Positions 10,214-19,683 of a stretch of 64,000 nt of DNA are shown in pieces (positions within the stretch are counted from its first letter, which is position 1; the number at the start of each line of letters is the position of its first letter). The DNA is taken from NCBI GenBank assembly GCA_963768055.1, contig CAVYGN010000001.1, positions 288,001 to 352,000 on the forward strand, in the 5' to 3' direction. Below the pieces are notes generated by a model that was given only the letters and a program-made list of their open reading frames with translations, searched no databases and was not told the DNA's origin. Made by a program: the position numbers and the translations under genes. The DNA comes from an uncultured Spirochaetota bacterium. Its GTDB lineage: Bacteria > Spirochaetota > Brevinematia > Brevinematales > JAOACQ01.

Positions 10214-12034
10214 ATGTTAAAGAATAAATTCCGAAATATAGCCATTATTGCACATGTGGACCATGGTAAAACCACGCTGGTCGACGCAATGCTCCGGCAG
10301 AGCGGTGTTTTCAACGGCCATCAGGAACTTCAAGAACGTGTAATGGATTCCATGGACCTGGAAAAAGAACGGGGCATCACTATCGCTGCAAAGAATACAG
10401 CCGTTTATTACAATGGGATCAAGATTAATATTATAGATACTCCCGGGCATGCCGATTTCGGCGGTGAAGTTGAAAGAAGCTTGAATATGGTTGAAGGGGT
10501 GCTTTTGCTGGTTGACGCCAGCGAAGGCCCTCTTCCCCAGACCAGGTTTGTACTCAGGAAAGCCCTGGCGAAAAAGCTTCTTGTAATTCTGGTAATAAAT
10601 AAGATCGACAGGAAAGATGCCCGGATAGAAGAGGTTGTAAGCGAAGTTTATGACCTTTTTATCGACCTGGGCGCAGATCACGATCAAATAGAGTTTCCGA
10701 TCCTTTATACTGTAGCGACTGATGGAGTTGCGTATAAAAATATTGGCGACGATTCAAAAGATCTAAAACCACTGTTTGAAACTATTATCGGATACATACC
10801 GGCACCGGAAAGCGGCATCCGGGAACCCCAATTCCTTATAACCAATCTGGATTATGATTTTTATGTCGGGCAGGTCGCCCTGGGAAGGATGTTCAACGGA
10901 AAACTGGAACTGGCAAAAACTTACGCCCTCTCCAGCGGCGATAAATTAACAAAGAACATAAGGTTCTCCAACCTTTTTACCTACCACGGATTGACAAAAA
11001 AACAGGTGAATGAAGTTGAAGCCGGTGATATTGTCGCCGTATCCGGCGTGGAAAATGTCAGCATCGGCGATACAATTACATCGGAAGATAATCCGATGCC
11101 GCTTCCCGGAATCCGTGTCGATGAGCCGACGGTATCCATGATCTTCTATGTCAATTCGAGCCCTATCGCCGGAAGGGAAGGCAAGTACCTTACTACCCGG
11201 AATATTAAAGCGAGACTTGAAATTGAGTCATTACGGAATGTTTCCATCCGTGTTGAAATAACCGACCGTGCCGATGCTTTCAAGGTATCCGGCAGGGGAG
11301 AACTGCAATTGGGGATCCTTATCGAAACAATGCGCCGGGAGGGATATGAACTGATGGTCTCCAAACCTACTATAATTACAAAAACAATTAATGGACAGAT
11401 ACAGGAACCGTTTGAAAGGGTCTTTTTCGATATCCCGGAAGAGTACATAGGGGTGGTGTCGGAAAAAATGGCCCAGAAGAAAGGAAAAATGGAAAACATG
11501 AAGCACAGCGGCTCCGGCAGAGTGATCATAGAATGCGTCTGCCCGACCCGCGGGCTCATCGGCCTTCGGAGCCAGTTTTTAACCGATACCCGCGGCCTGG
11601 GCATAATAAACTCGATATTTGAAGGTTACAGGGATTGGGCCGGAACGATCCGGCACAGGATTAACGGTGTACTGGTCGCCGACAGGGCCGGCAAATCAAA
11701 TTCTTATGCACACCTGGCCATGGAAGACCGCGGAGAGCTTTTCCTGAATGTCGGAACAGAAGTTTACGAGGGCATGATCGTCGGAGAGAATAACCGGGAT
11801 CATGATCTGGATGTCAATATTACAAAAGAAAAAAAACTCACCAATATGCGAAGTTCAACGTCGGATCAGACAGTCGTTCTGAAAACCCCCAGGCTGCTGT
11901 CTCTTGACGAGGCGATCGAGTTCATCGCCGAGGATGAACTGGTCGAAGTTACGCCGGGCAGTTTCCGGATGCGTAAAATGGAAATGGATCAGAACAAAAG
12001 GGCCATTCTCAATAAAACGCATAATCTGAAATAG
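10214..12034 (+). CDS. typA: Translational GTPase TypA/BipA
   Basis: NIAIIAHVDHGKTTLVD, DTPGHADFGGEVER, GRGELQL, KKLTNMRS, DELVEVTP. Confidence 0.97.
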   Translation: MLKNKFRNIAIIAHVDHGKTTLVDAMLRQSGVFNGHQELQERVMDSMDLEKERGITIAAKNTAVYYNGIKINIIDTPGHADFGGEVERSLNMVEGVLLLVDASEGPLPQTRFVLRKALAKKLLVILVINKIDRKDARIEEVVSEVYDLFIDLGADHDQIEFPILYTVATDGVAYKNIGDDSKDLKPLFETIIGYIPAPESGIREPQFLITNLDYDFYVGQVALGRMFNGKLELAKTYALSSGDKLTKNIRFSNLFTYHGLTKKQVNEVEAGDIVAVSGVENVSIGDTITSEDNPMPLPGIRVDEPTVSMIFYVNSSPIAGREGKYLTTRNIKARLEIESLRNVSIRVEITDRADAFKVSGRGELQLGILIETMRREGYELMVSKPTIITKTINGQIQEPFERVFFDIPEEYIGVVSEKMAQKKGKMENMKHSGSGRVIIECVCPTRGLIGLRSQFLTDTRGLGIINSIFEGYRDWAGTIRHRINGVLVADRAGKSNSYAHLAMEDRGELFLNVGTEVYEGMIVGENNRDHDLDVNITKEKKLTNMRSSTSDQTVVLKTPRLLSLDEAIEFIAEDELVEVTPGSFRMRKMEMDQNKRAILNKTHNLK

Positions 12035-12112
12035 TTAACCCTGCCAGTTTCATAGCTGTTTAAAACGCAATATTGATAATTATCATTGAAAAATCAATAA
12101 TAAAATTTAAGT

Positions 12113-12141
12113 TTGACTATTCGTTATATTATAGTTATATA
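12113..12141 (+). promoter_or_regulatory. Putative sigma70 promoter of the ackA-like operon
   Basis: TTGACT-17 bp-TATATA; palindrome TGATAATTATCA just upstream at 12074-12085. Confidence 0.4.
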
Positions 12142-12367
12142 TAGTTGTAATTATTAATTTTCTTTTTGTATCAAGGGTACACTCTAATTGTAAAAATGCC
12201 TTCATGTATGAAAGACGACACCGCATAGCAGAATATGTAATCGTAAAAATCAAAGCTAAAATAACCTCTGTTTTTAAATACAAAAAAAGTTTAAGTGCTT
12301 TATAATAAGTGAGAGTTGGAGTAATGACCGGAGGGAGATGGATGAATCCCTAAAAAAAGGATTTAAA

Positions 12368-13585
12368 ATGAACATTTTGGTTTTTAATTGCGGGAGTTCA
12401 TCTGTATCTTACAAAGTTTTTAAGGTTACAGATTTAGATAAATTTGATGTTATCATCGCCGGTAAAGCTCATAGAGTAGGGGTAACAGGCAGCGAACCTT
12501 CATTTATTGAGCATGAGTATAAAGAAATAATTCATAAAGATGTTTTACCAATAACCAGTTACGGGCAGGCCGCAAAGCTGATATTAAAATTCATTAAAGA
12601 AAATAATGTAGTAATTGATTGTATAGGCAATAGATTTGTTCACGGCGGGACTTATTTCAATAAATCAGTTTTCGTTAATGAGGAGAACTTGAAAAAACTT
12701 AAATTGTGTCTCCCGCTGGCGCCTCTTCATAATCCGATAGCCTTAAGGGTTATTTTTGAATCAAGGAAAGTTTTTACTAATATAAGTCAATATGTGGTTT
12801 TTGATTCTGCATTTCATTCAACTATTCCTGATTACGCCTATACTTACGCTTTGCCGAAACGTATAGTGGAAAAATACAATTATCGGAAATATGGTTTTCA
12901 CGGGCTTTCATATTCATACGTTATTAAAACTGTTTCTGATTTTTTAGAAATACCGTCTGAAAAACTGAAAATCGTAGCATGTCACCTCGGAACAGGCGGC
13001 TCAAGCGTTGCGGCTATTAAAAATGGTTATTCTGTTGACACTTCTATGGGTTTTTCTCCTTTATCAGGTCTTGTAATGAGTACAAGAAGCGGGGATATTG
13101 ACCCTATGATTATGATATATATGATGGTATTTTATGGATATAGGAATGACGATCTGTTGAATTTTCTCAATAAAAAAAGCGGTCTGCTTGGCGTTTCCGG
13201 ATTTTCAAGCGATATAAGAGATATTATAAGCAGGATTTCCGTAGAAAAACAGGCGGGACTGGCTTTCAAAATGTATATACAACGCTTAAAAAAATATATT
13301 GGAAGTTATATTATTGCTGCATTAGGAGGGATTGATGTTTTAATTTTTACGGATGATATAGGCGTTAAGAATCCGCTTGTCAGGGAAAAAGTATGTGAAG
13401 ACATGGAATGGTGCGGGATTGTACTGGACAAAGAAAAAAATAAAAAATACGGAATGAAAAAGCCGGAGCTTTTGAATTCAATGGACTCAAAAGCCCGTAT
13501 TATTGCTGTTCCGACAGATGAGGAAGTTGTGATAGCCTGGGAAGGATTAAAATTGTTAAAGGAAGAAAAAAATGCTGCTCTTTGA
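12368..13585 (+). CDS. ackA: Acetate kinase with Entamoeba-like (putatively PPi-dependent) motif variants
   Basis: NCGSSS, RFVHGG, LAPLHNP, FDSAFH, YGFHG, CHLGTGGSS, TRSGD, FTDDIG, PTDEE; alternative start at 12338. Confidence 0.88.
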   Translation: MNILVFNCGSSSVSYKVFKVTDLDKFDVIIAGKAHRVGVTGSEPSFIEHEYKEIIHKDVLPITSYGQAAKLILKFIKENNVVIDCIGNRFVHGGTYFNKSVFVNEENLKKLKLCLPLAPLHNPIALRVIFESRKVFTNISQYVVFDSAFHSTIPDYAYTYALPKRIVEKYNYRKYGFHGLSYSYVIKTVSDFLEIPSEKLKIVACHLGTGGSSVAAIKNGYSVDTSMGFSPLSGLVMSTRSGDIDPMIMIYMMVFYGYRNDDLLNFLNKKSGLLGVSGFSSDIRDIISRISVEKQAGLAFKMYIQRLKKYIGSYIIAALGGIDVLIFTDDIGVKNPLVREKVCEDMEWCGIVLDKEKNKKYGMKKPELLNSMDSKARIIAVPTDEEVVIAWEGLKLLKEEKNAAL

Positions 13586-14618
13586 ACCTGAAGCTCCTTA
13601 TTTGAATTGGTTTTTGATAAATAAAGGAAAAATTGAAGAGGGCAAATTCATTTTTGATAGAAAATGCATGGACGCAGTGAGTGAGAAACTTGGCGGAATT
13701 GAAGATGTGAAAAAAATAGGGTATATTTTATATCATGGAGGTGAAGAAATTAAATCACCGGTAAGTCGTTTAACGGATAATAATATTATTGATTTTGAGA
13801 AGTGTGTTAAATACAACCCCGAACTTAATGATATAACCTTCAAGACTGCGAAATACTGGATGAAAAGAATTCCCGGTGCTGAGCATTTTTTGTTTTGCGA
13901 CACTGCATTCTTTTTAAAACTTCCGCAAGAGTCCAGTTCTTATGCCATTCCATATGAGCTTAGCAGGATAGGTGTAAAAAGATATGGAGGATATGGCTTA
14001 CTCCACCGGTGGGTTTACAAAAAAACCGAACATTTGAATAAAAATGGTATTCATAGATTGATAAGTGTTTATTTAGGAAATAATACTAACTTAGCCGCCA
14101 TAAGTAATAATAGGCCACTGGATACAAGCATGGGTTTTACCCGAATAGAGGGGATAATGTCATCGGGAGGGTGCGGTGATATTGATCCTACGATTATATT
14201 TAATCTTAATTCCGCAGGTTTGGAATTTAAAGAAATTAACAAGCTGCTCAGCCGGGAAAGCGGGTTTTCAGCTTTTCCAGGCAAAAATAACGATTTTTTT
14301 AATGTTATAAATAGAATTAATAAGAGGACTTCAGCGGATGTAAAAGAAGTTTTCTGCTATAGTATAGTAAAATACATCGGGGCTTTTATTGCCGAGCTCG
14401 GGGGTGTTGATTCAATAGTTTTTTCAAGTGAAAATCTGCGGGCTGCCGGCAGTTTTATTATGGAAATAATAAACAAACTTCAATTTTTAGGGGTTAAATG
14501 TAAATTAAAAGAAGAAGGGGATAAGGATTTTTTAAAAATATCAGAAACACGCTCGAAAATTAAAGTATATTGTTTTAATTACAAAAAGTGGAATATTCTT
14601 GATCAAAAATATATTTAA
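13572..14618 (+). CDS. Degenerate acetate kinase paralogue
   Basis: Keeps DTAFF, YAIP, DTSMGF, GDIDP, LGGVD; catalytic motifs are replaced (GYILYHGG, YNPELN, YGGYG, VYLGNN, SSGGCGD) and the N-terminal NxGSSS and C-terminal TxEE are absent. Confidence 0.78.
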   Translation: MLLFEPEAPYLNWFLINKGKIEEGKFIFDRKCMDAVSEKLGGIEDVKKIGYILYHGGEEIKSPVSRLTDNNIIDFEKCVKYNPELNDITFKTAKYWMKRIPGAEHFLFCDTAFFLKLPQESSSYAIPYELSRIGVKRYGGYGLLHRWVYKKTEHLNKNGIHRLISVYLGNNTNLAAISNNRPLDTSMGFTRIEGIMSSGGCGDIDPTIIFNLNSAGLEFKEINKLLSRESGFSAFPGKNNDFFNVINRINKRTSADVKEVFCYSIVKYIGAFIAELGGVDSIVFSSENLRAAGSFIMEIINKLQFLGVKCKLKEEGDKDFLKISETRSKIKVYCFNYKKWNILDQKYI

Positions 14619-14629
14619 GGAGTGAAGGA

Positions 14630-15421
14630 ATGATTAAAGAAAAAGCATTTTTAGAAGATGTGGGAATGAGAGACCTTCCATTTCCAATGAAGGTAATCTC
14701 GAAATTTAACGCGGATGGACAGCCTACTATCGCGAATATTTCCATTAATGCGCGCATTATGCGGGATTTTGAACCGGAATGGATAGATAAGTTTATAAGG
14801 ATTCTGCATTCTCATAGGGAAAAAATAGGAACCAGCACACTAACCACGAATATTTTAGATTATCTTAAAGAATTGAATGCGTCAATGGTTGTTATTGATT
14901 TTAGTTATCCATTTTTTATTGAAAAAACAACCCCTGTATCAAAAGAAAAATGCCTTGTCAGATACATGTGCTCTTACAGCGTAAAAGCTTATCTCACTAT
15001 GGATAAACCTGATATACTTTTTAAAATATCGGTTCCGGCCCTTACTACATATCCACTTTCAAATGAAGAACTGAAAGGGGGTTTATTCGCACAATTAAGC
15101 ATTGTAAATATTGAGATTGAGCCTAAAAAACAGATCTTTCCGGAGGATATTGTAGATATTGTCGATAGGCATGCAATAGCCCCGGTTTATTCTTTTCTGA
15201 CAAAAGAAGACCAGAATTTCATCATTAACAAATTACATACCGAGAAAAAAACAAGTGTTATTCTGACCGATGAAATAAAGGATGAATTTGCACATAATAG
15301 TGAAGTTGAATGGTATAAAGTCAGCTGTACGAATTATGGAATGATGCATTCATACCTCACTTTAATCAGTACTGAAAAAAGTATGTGGATTCCATTCAGC
15401 GGTATCGAAGAAGAGATTTAA
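14630..15421 (+). CDS. GTP cyclohydrolase FolE2 (GCYH-IB)-like protein lacking catalytic motifs
   Basis: DVGMRDLPFP, QPTIA, FSYPFFIEKTTPVSK, PVYSFLTKEDQ are collinear with FolE2; the CPCS, HNQR and ESIH motifs are absent. Confidence 0.75.
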   Translation: MIKEKAFLEDVGMRDLPFPMKVISKFNADGQPTIANISINARIMRDFEPEWIDKFIRILHSHREKIGTSTLTTNILDYLKELNASMVVIDFSYPFFIEKTTPVSKEKCLVRYMCSYSVKAYLTMDKPDILFKISVPALTTYPLSNEELKGGLFAQLSIVNIEIEPKKQIFPEDIVDIVDRHAIAPVYSFLTKEDQNFIINKLHTEKKTSVILTDEIKDEFAHNSEVEWYKVSCTNYGMMHSYLTLISTEKSMWIPFSGIEEEI

Positions 15422-15443
15422 TTTTTAAATTCGCGGACAATAA

Positions 15444-15740
15444 TTAGGCTGTGGGATTAGACATTTCCAATACAAAAGCGAACATATAGTCGAGCTTTTC
15501 CTGGGGAACATCCTTGTAATGGATCTCTATTTTTTCACCGTCAACCCGTGATACGGTGGCCGATAAATTTTCATTGCCCACTTTTATATTGATCAAATCC
15601 CCGATGGCAAGACAGCCTTTAACCAGCATCTCGATGCCGGTCGAGGTTATATTTGTGATTAAACAGGGGCATCTGATGCCGTTCCATTCATAAAAAGAAC
15701 TTATTTCATGAATTTTTTTATCGAAATTTCTTTTTTCCAT
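15444..15740 (-). CDS. PilZ-like domain protein
   Basis: EKRNFDK and TNITSTG resemble degenerate RxxxR and DxSxxG motifs; ATG 15740 follows a GGAGGGA RBS. Confidence 0.6.
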   Translation of the reverse strand: MEKRNFDKKIHEISSFYEWNGIRCPCLITNITSTGIEMLVKGCLAIGDLINIKVGNENLSATVSRVDGEKIEIHYKDVPQEKLDYMFAFVLEMSNPTA

Positions 15741-15792
15741 TAATTCCCTCCAAATTTGATGTGAATAATACTGACCTGTTTTGAGCGGCAAG

Positions 15793-16161
15793 TCAAGATT
15801 TCCTGCCCTTCCAGTAACTATCTTCTACGCGCAAGTGCTCTATAAGCGCCTTGAGGGGCCAATGGATATTCTCGTTTGTCGGAGTGCAGAATATCGGACG
15901 CTTTACTTTTGCAACAGAAACAGCCTGCAGGGCTTTTTGAATATCTTCGTCCGAGAAAGCGAGGAACATCATAATGGGGGTCCCGTTTTCCTCGAAATTC
16001 GAACATTCGGCCAGTTCAAGCACCTCCTGGAGGGTCTTTTCCTCCATTCCGGAAGCACTCAGCAGGACGATGTCCCTGTTCAGGCAGTCCTCGACAGCCT
16101 TGCGAAGGCTCATGGCGTCAGCTTCGCTGTATCCGTAAAGAAGGATGCCGGTTTTATCCAT
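15793..16161 (-). CDS. DUF3783-like protein
   Basis: ILLYGY...MMFLAFSDEDI...PIFCTPTNENIHWPLKALIEHLRVE. Confidence 0.7.
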   Translation of the reverse strand: MDKTGILLYGYSEADAMSLRKAVEDCLNRDIVLLSASGMEEKTLQEVLELAECSNFEENGTPIMMFLAFSDEDIQKALQAVSVAKVKRPIFCTPTNENIHWPLKALIEHLRVEDSYWKGRKS

Positions 16162-16345
16162 GTAGAAGCCTCCGGGGGTTCTTATCCCCTAGCCACGCGA
16201 ATAAACTTTCCATATTATTATGAGATAATTTCACAGATATTTCAAAAATTATTTCCTCATAGGGATTATCTGTGCCATCAGAAATCAGCAGGTGGTTCGA
16301 GGGCCCCATCAGTAGTAGATGAAAATTTAACCTTTGCATTGAACC

Positions 16346-16374
16346 TTGTCAAAACGGCATATCTATTATAAAAT
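16346..16374 (+). promoter_or_regulatory. Putative sigma70 promoter of the heptose/Gtr operon
   Basis: TTGTCA-17 bp-TAAAAT, about 65 bp before the GT2 start. Confidence 0.45.
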
Positions 16375-16440
16375 ATTCCTTAGGTTTTAATGATTGTATT
16401 ATAAATACAGTTGAAGCCGATATAAGGATGAAAGAAAAAA

Positions 16441-17400
16441 ATGATTAACAACTTTAAACTTTCAGTCATCGTTCCCGTTTACAATGAAGAAAAAAATATT
16501 CCCCCATTGCTTGAAAGACTGAATAAAGTCATATCCGAAATCGGATGTGAATATGAAATAATATTCTGCATGGACCCCTGCAGGGATAAAACCGAAGAAT
16601 TAATACTGAATTACAGGAAAAAAGACGCCAATATTAAATTGATAAAAATGTCGCGCCGTTTCGGCCAGCCTGCCTGCACGCTGGCGGGGATCCATTACTG
16701 CACGGGCGTTATCTGCGTTGTGATTGACGCCGATCTCCAGGACCCGCCGGAATTGATTAAAGAAATGATTGCAAAATGGAAGGAAGGCTACCATGTTGTC
16801 TATGCCCAGCGGAAGAGCAGGAAGGGTGAAACCATTATAAAAAAACTCGTGGCCTTTCTAGGCTATAAAATCATCAACAGGATATCCGATGTGAGTATTC
16901 CGAGAAATACCGGAGATTTTCGGCTTATAAGCAGGGAAGTAATAGATAATTTAAAGGTATTAAAAGAAAACGACGCCTTTTTAAGAGGGCTGGTCGGTTA
17001 TATAGGGTTCAACCAGATAGGTATTTTATATGAAAGGGATTCAAGGCTGAACGGTAAAGGTAAATATAACAGGTTTTTCGGTTCTCTTAAAATCGGTTTG
17101 AACGGCGTTCTAAGTTTTTCCAAGTATCCGCTGGATTTGATATCGATTTCAGGTTTAATAGTCGCTTTATTCAGTTTTTTATTGGGAATTGCATATATCA
17201 TATTCAGCCTGCTGCATATTAAGATTCCCTGGGGAAATCCCACTCTTGTTATTTTAATTTCCTTTTACAGCGGAATCCAGCTGTTAAGCCTTGGAATCAT
17301 CGGCCAATACCTCGCGAGAATGTTCGACGAGGTCAAAAGGAGACCGATTTTTATTGTCCAGGAAGCGCATGGGTTTGAAATTATCTGGGAAAAAGAGTAG
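16441..17400 (+). CDS. GT2 polyprenol-phosphate glycosyltransferase (GtrB-like)
   Basis: SVIVPVYNEE, SRRFGQ, IDADLQDPPE, GDFRL, two C-terminal TM helices. Confidence 0.9.
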   Translation: MINNFKLSVIVPVYNEEKNIPPLLERLNKVISEIGCEYEIIFCMDPCRDKTEELILNYRKKDANIKLIKMSRRFGQPACTLAGIHYCTGVICVVIDADLQDPPELIKEMIAKWKEGYHVVYAQRKSRKGETIIKKLVAFLGYKIINRISDVSIPRNTGDFRLISREVIDNLKVLKENDAFLRGLVGYIGFNQIGILYERDSRLNGKGKYNRFFGSLKIGLNGVLSFSKYPLDLISISGLIVALFSFLLGIAYIIFSLLHIKIPWGNPTLVILISFYSGIQLLSLGIIGQYLARMFDEVKRRPIFIVQEAHGFEIIWEKE

Positions 17401-17412
17401 TTTGTATAAATT

Positions 17413-17877
17413 ATGTGGAATAGCATTATTACACTTTTTCAAAATATAATATCCGATAAAATAGAAATTTATAAAAAAATTAAATTCCTGTTCATAGGCG
17501 GGACCACCGCCCTGGTGAATTTTTCTCTTATCTATCTGACCAACGGAATTTTAAAACTTAATCATAATTTATCGATTTCAATTTCTTTTTTCTCTGCGAT
17601 GATTTATCATTTCATGATGAACAAAATGTTTGTTTTCCAGGAAAAAAAATTATCGAGGCTCAAGTACCAGATCATTCAATACCTGATTTTATCATTTATA
17701 AATTATTTGATCAATCTGGGGGTCGTAAACTTATTACTCCTGTTCAAGATCAATATTTACATCGGGGTTGCGGCCGCGACAATAATAACAATGCTGTTGA
17801 CATATTTTATCATGAATAGATTGATTTTTAACAAAAAAGCCGCCGGCTTTATAAATTTATCCAGGAAAACGGAGTAA
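17413..17877 (+). CDS. GtrA family flippase-like membrane protein
   Basis: KFLFIGGTTALVNF...FMMNKMFVF, 4 TM helices, follows the GtrB-like gene. Confidence 0.85.
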   Translation: MWNSIITLFQNIISDKIEIYKKIKFLFIGGTTALVNFSLIYLTNGILKLNHNLSISISFFSAMIYHFMMNKMFVFQEKKLSRLKYQIIQYLILSFINYLINLGVVNLLLLFKINIYIGVAAATIITMLLTYFIMNRLIFNKKAAGFINLSRKTE

Positions 17878-17881
17878 TAAA

Positions 17882-18835
17882 TTGAAGTATTTTGTTACCG
17901 GCGGCGCCGGATTTATCGGGAGCAATATAACCGACAGGCTCCTTGACACTAATAATTCAGTAACCGTTTATGATAATTTTTCCACCGGATTTGAAGAGTT
18001 TTTAAACAGTGCGAAAAGATCTCCCGGCCTTAAAATAGTCGGGGGAGACTTGTTAGACCCGGAAACGCTTGCAGCCGCAATGCGGGACTGCGACTTCGTA
18101 ATACATTTTGCGGCAAATGCCGATGTAAGGTTCGGGATGGAACACCCGCAAAAAGATTTAAATCAGAATATCATCGCGACTTATAATGTTCTTGAAGCAA
18201 TGCGGAAAAATAATATTAAAAAAATCGCTTTTTCATCGACAGGCTCGATTTATGGAGAATCAAAAATTATTCCCACCCCTGAGGATGCGCCCTTTCCGGT
18301 TCAGACCTCCCTTTACGGAGCCTCAAAATTGGCCGGCGAAGGCTTGATCCAGGCTTATTGCGAGGGTTTCGGGTTTCAAGGGTGGATTTTCAGGTTTGTA
18401 TCAATCCTGGGGGAACGGTACACGCATGGGCATATTTTTGATTTTTATAAAATGCTCCTTGAAAATCCCGATAAACTCAGGGTTTTAGGGAACGGACATC
18501 AGAAGAAGTCTTATTTATACATCCAGGACTGCATCGACGCGATTTTTTTCGCCCTGGAAAAGTCGGACGATGAAGTAAATATTTTCAATCTCGGTACAAA
18601 CGAATACTGCGAAGTAAACGATTCGATCGGCTGGATTTCCGGCAATCTTGGCCTGAAGCCGGCACTGGATTATACCGGCGGAGAGCGCGGCTGGATAGGG
18701 GATAATCCTTTTATATTTTTAGACTGCTCGAAAATAAATAAACTTGGCTGGAAGCCCGGATTATCTATTAAAAGCGCGGTTATAAAGACTCTTGAATATT
18801 TAAAGGAAAACAAATGGATTATGGAAAGGAGATAA
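17882..18835 (+). CDS. NAD-dependent epimerase/dehydratase
   Basis: VTGGAGFIGS, FSSTGSIYG, YGASK; TTG start. Confidence 0.9.
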   Translation: MKYFVTGGAGFIGSNITDRLLDTNNSVTVYDNFSTGFEEFLNSAKRSPGLKIVGGDLLDPETLAAAMRDCDFVIHFAANADVRFGMEHPQKDLNQNIIATYNVLEAMRKNNIKKIAFSSTGSIYGESKIIPTPEDAPFPVQTSLYGASKLAGEGLIQAYCEGFGFQGWIFRFVSILGERYTHGHIFDFYKMLLENPDKLRVLGNGHQKKSYLYIQDCIDAIFFALEKSDDEVNIFNLGTNEYCEVNDSIGWISGNLGLKPALDYTGGERGWIGDNPFIFLDCSKINKLGWKPGLSIKSAVIKTLEYLKENKWIMERR

Positions 18836-18839
18836 ATAA

Positions 18840-19673
18840 TTGAAATCTGTAATTGTTTTCGGCGGAAGCCTGGGAATCGGCAAAAAGATAGCTTTTCATT
18901 TTTTAGAAAATAAATATAATGCTACAGTGTTTGCAAGGGCAAAAAGCAACCTGGAATTATTCCGCAGAGAAGCTGAAGATAAAGGGATGCATGCTAACAT
19001 TCAACAGGGAGATGTCGGAAATATCGATGATGTGAAAAATGCTTTTAAAGAACATAAAAAGAATTATGGCTCATTCCCTTCTTATGTGATAAATACCGCG
19101 GGGATCCAGGGGGCGCTGGGGCCGGCCTGGTCGCTGTCGCAGGCGGATTTTGAAAATGTAATTAAAGTAAATCTAACCGGAAGTTTTAATGTTTCAAAAA
19201 CGGCGATCGAGAATTTAATCGGGGAAAAGAAATCCGGGTCGATCATACTTTTTTCAGGCGGAGGATCATGCTACGCGCGTCCGAATTTTTCTTCATACGG
19301 GGTTTCAAAAACCGGGGTGATCAGACTTGTTGAAACAATAGCGGAAGAGCTGAAACAAAACGGCCTTAAAGGTATAATAATTAATGCAGTCTCGCCCGGC
19401 GCTGTAAGAACCAGGATGACGGAAGAAGTATTAAACTCGAAAGAAAGAGCCGGGGATAAAGCCTTCGGAGAAGCAAAAAAAACTATGGAAAACGGCGGGA
19501 CCCGTCTGAAAGACGTGATCGAACTGGTCGATTTTTTATGCAATAATGATTTAAACAAGGGTTTAAGCGGCAGATTGATACATTTCAGGGACGATTATAA
19601 AAAATTCGCAGAAATTCAAAAAGATAAAATCCATGATGATGCCGGGAAGCTCCGGAGAGTAAAATTGATATAA
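18840..19673 (+). CDS. SDR family oxidoreductase
   Basis: GGSLGIG, NTAG, YGVSK, NAVSPG; TTG start. Confidence 0.88.
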   Translation: MKSVIVFGGSLGIGKKIAFHFLENKYNATVFARAKSNLELFRREAEDKGMHANIQQGDVGNIDDVKNAFKEHKKNYGSFPSYVINTAGIQGALGPAWSLSQADFENVIKVNLTGSFNVSKTAIENLIGEKKSGSIILFSGGGSCYARPNFSSYGVSKTGVIRLVETIAEELKQNGLKGIIINAVSPGAVRTRMTEEVLNSKERAGDKAFGEAKKTMENGGTRLKDVIELVDFLCNNDLNKGLSGRLIHFRDDYKKFAEIQKDKIHDDAGKLRRVKLI

Positions 19674-19683
19674 AGAGGTACCG

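Noticed and set aside
12330..12360. GGAGATGG...TCCC resembling the start of a fluoride riboswitch
   Set aside because: The downstream conserved elements are missing and the sequence is explained as an RBS/alternative start.
16154..16339. 61-aa minus-strand ORF
   Set aside because: No convincing RBS or motif; lies in a divergent promoter region.
15781..16371. 196-aa plus-strand ORF
   Set aside because: Antisense to the DUF3783-like gene, which has the better RBS and family motif.
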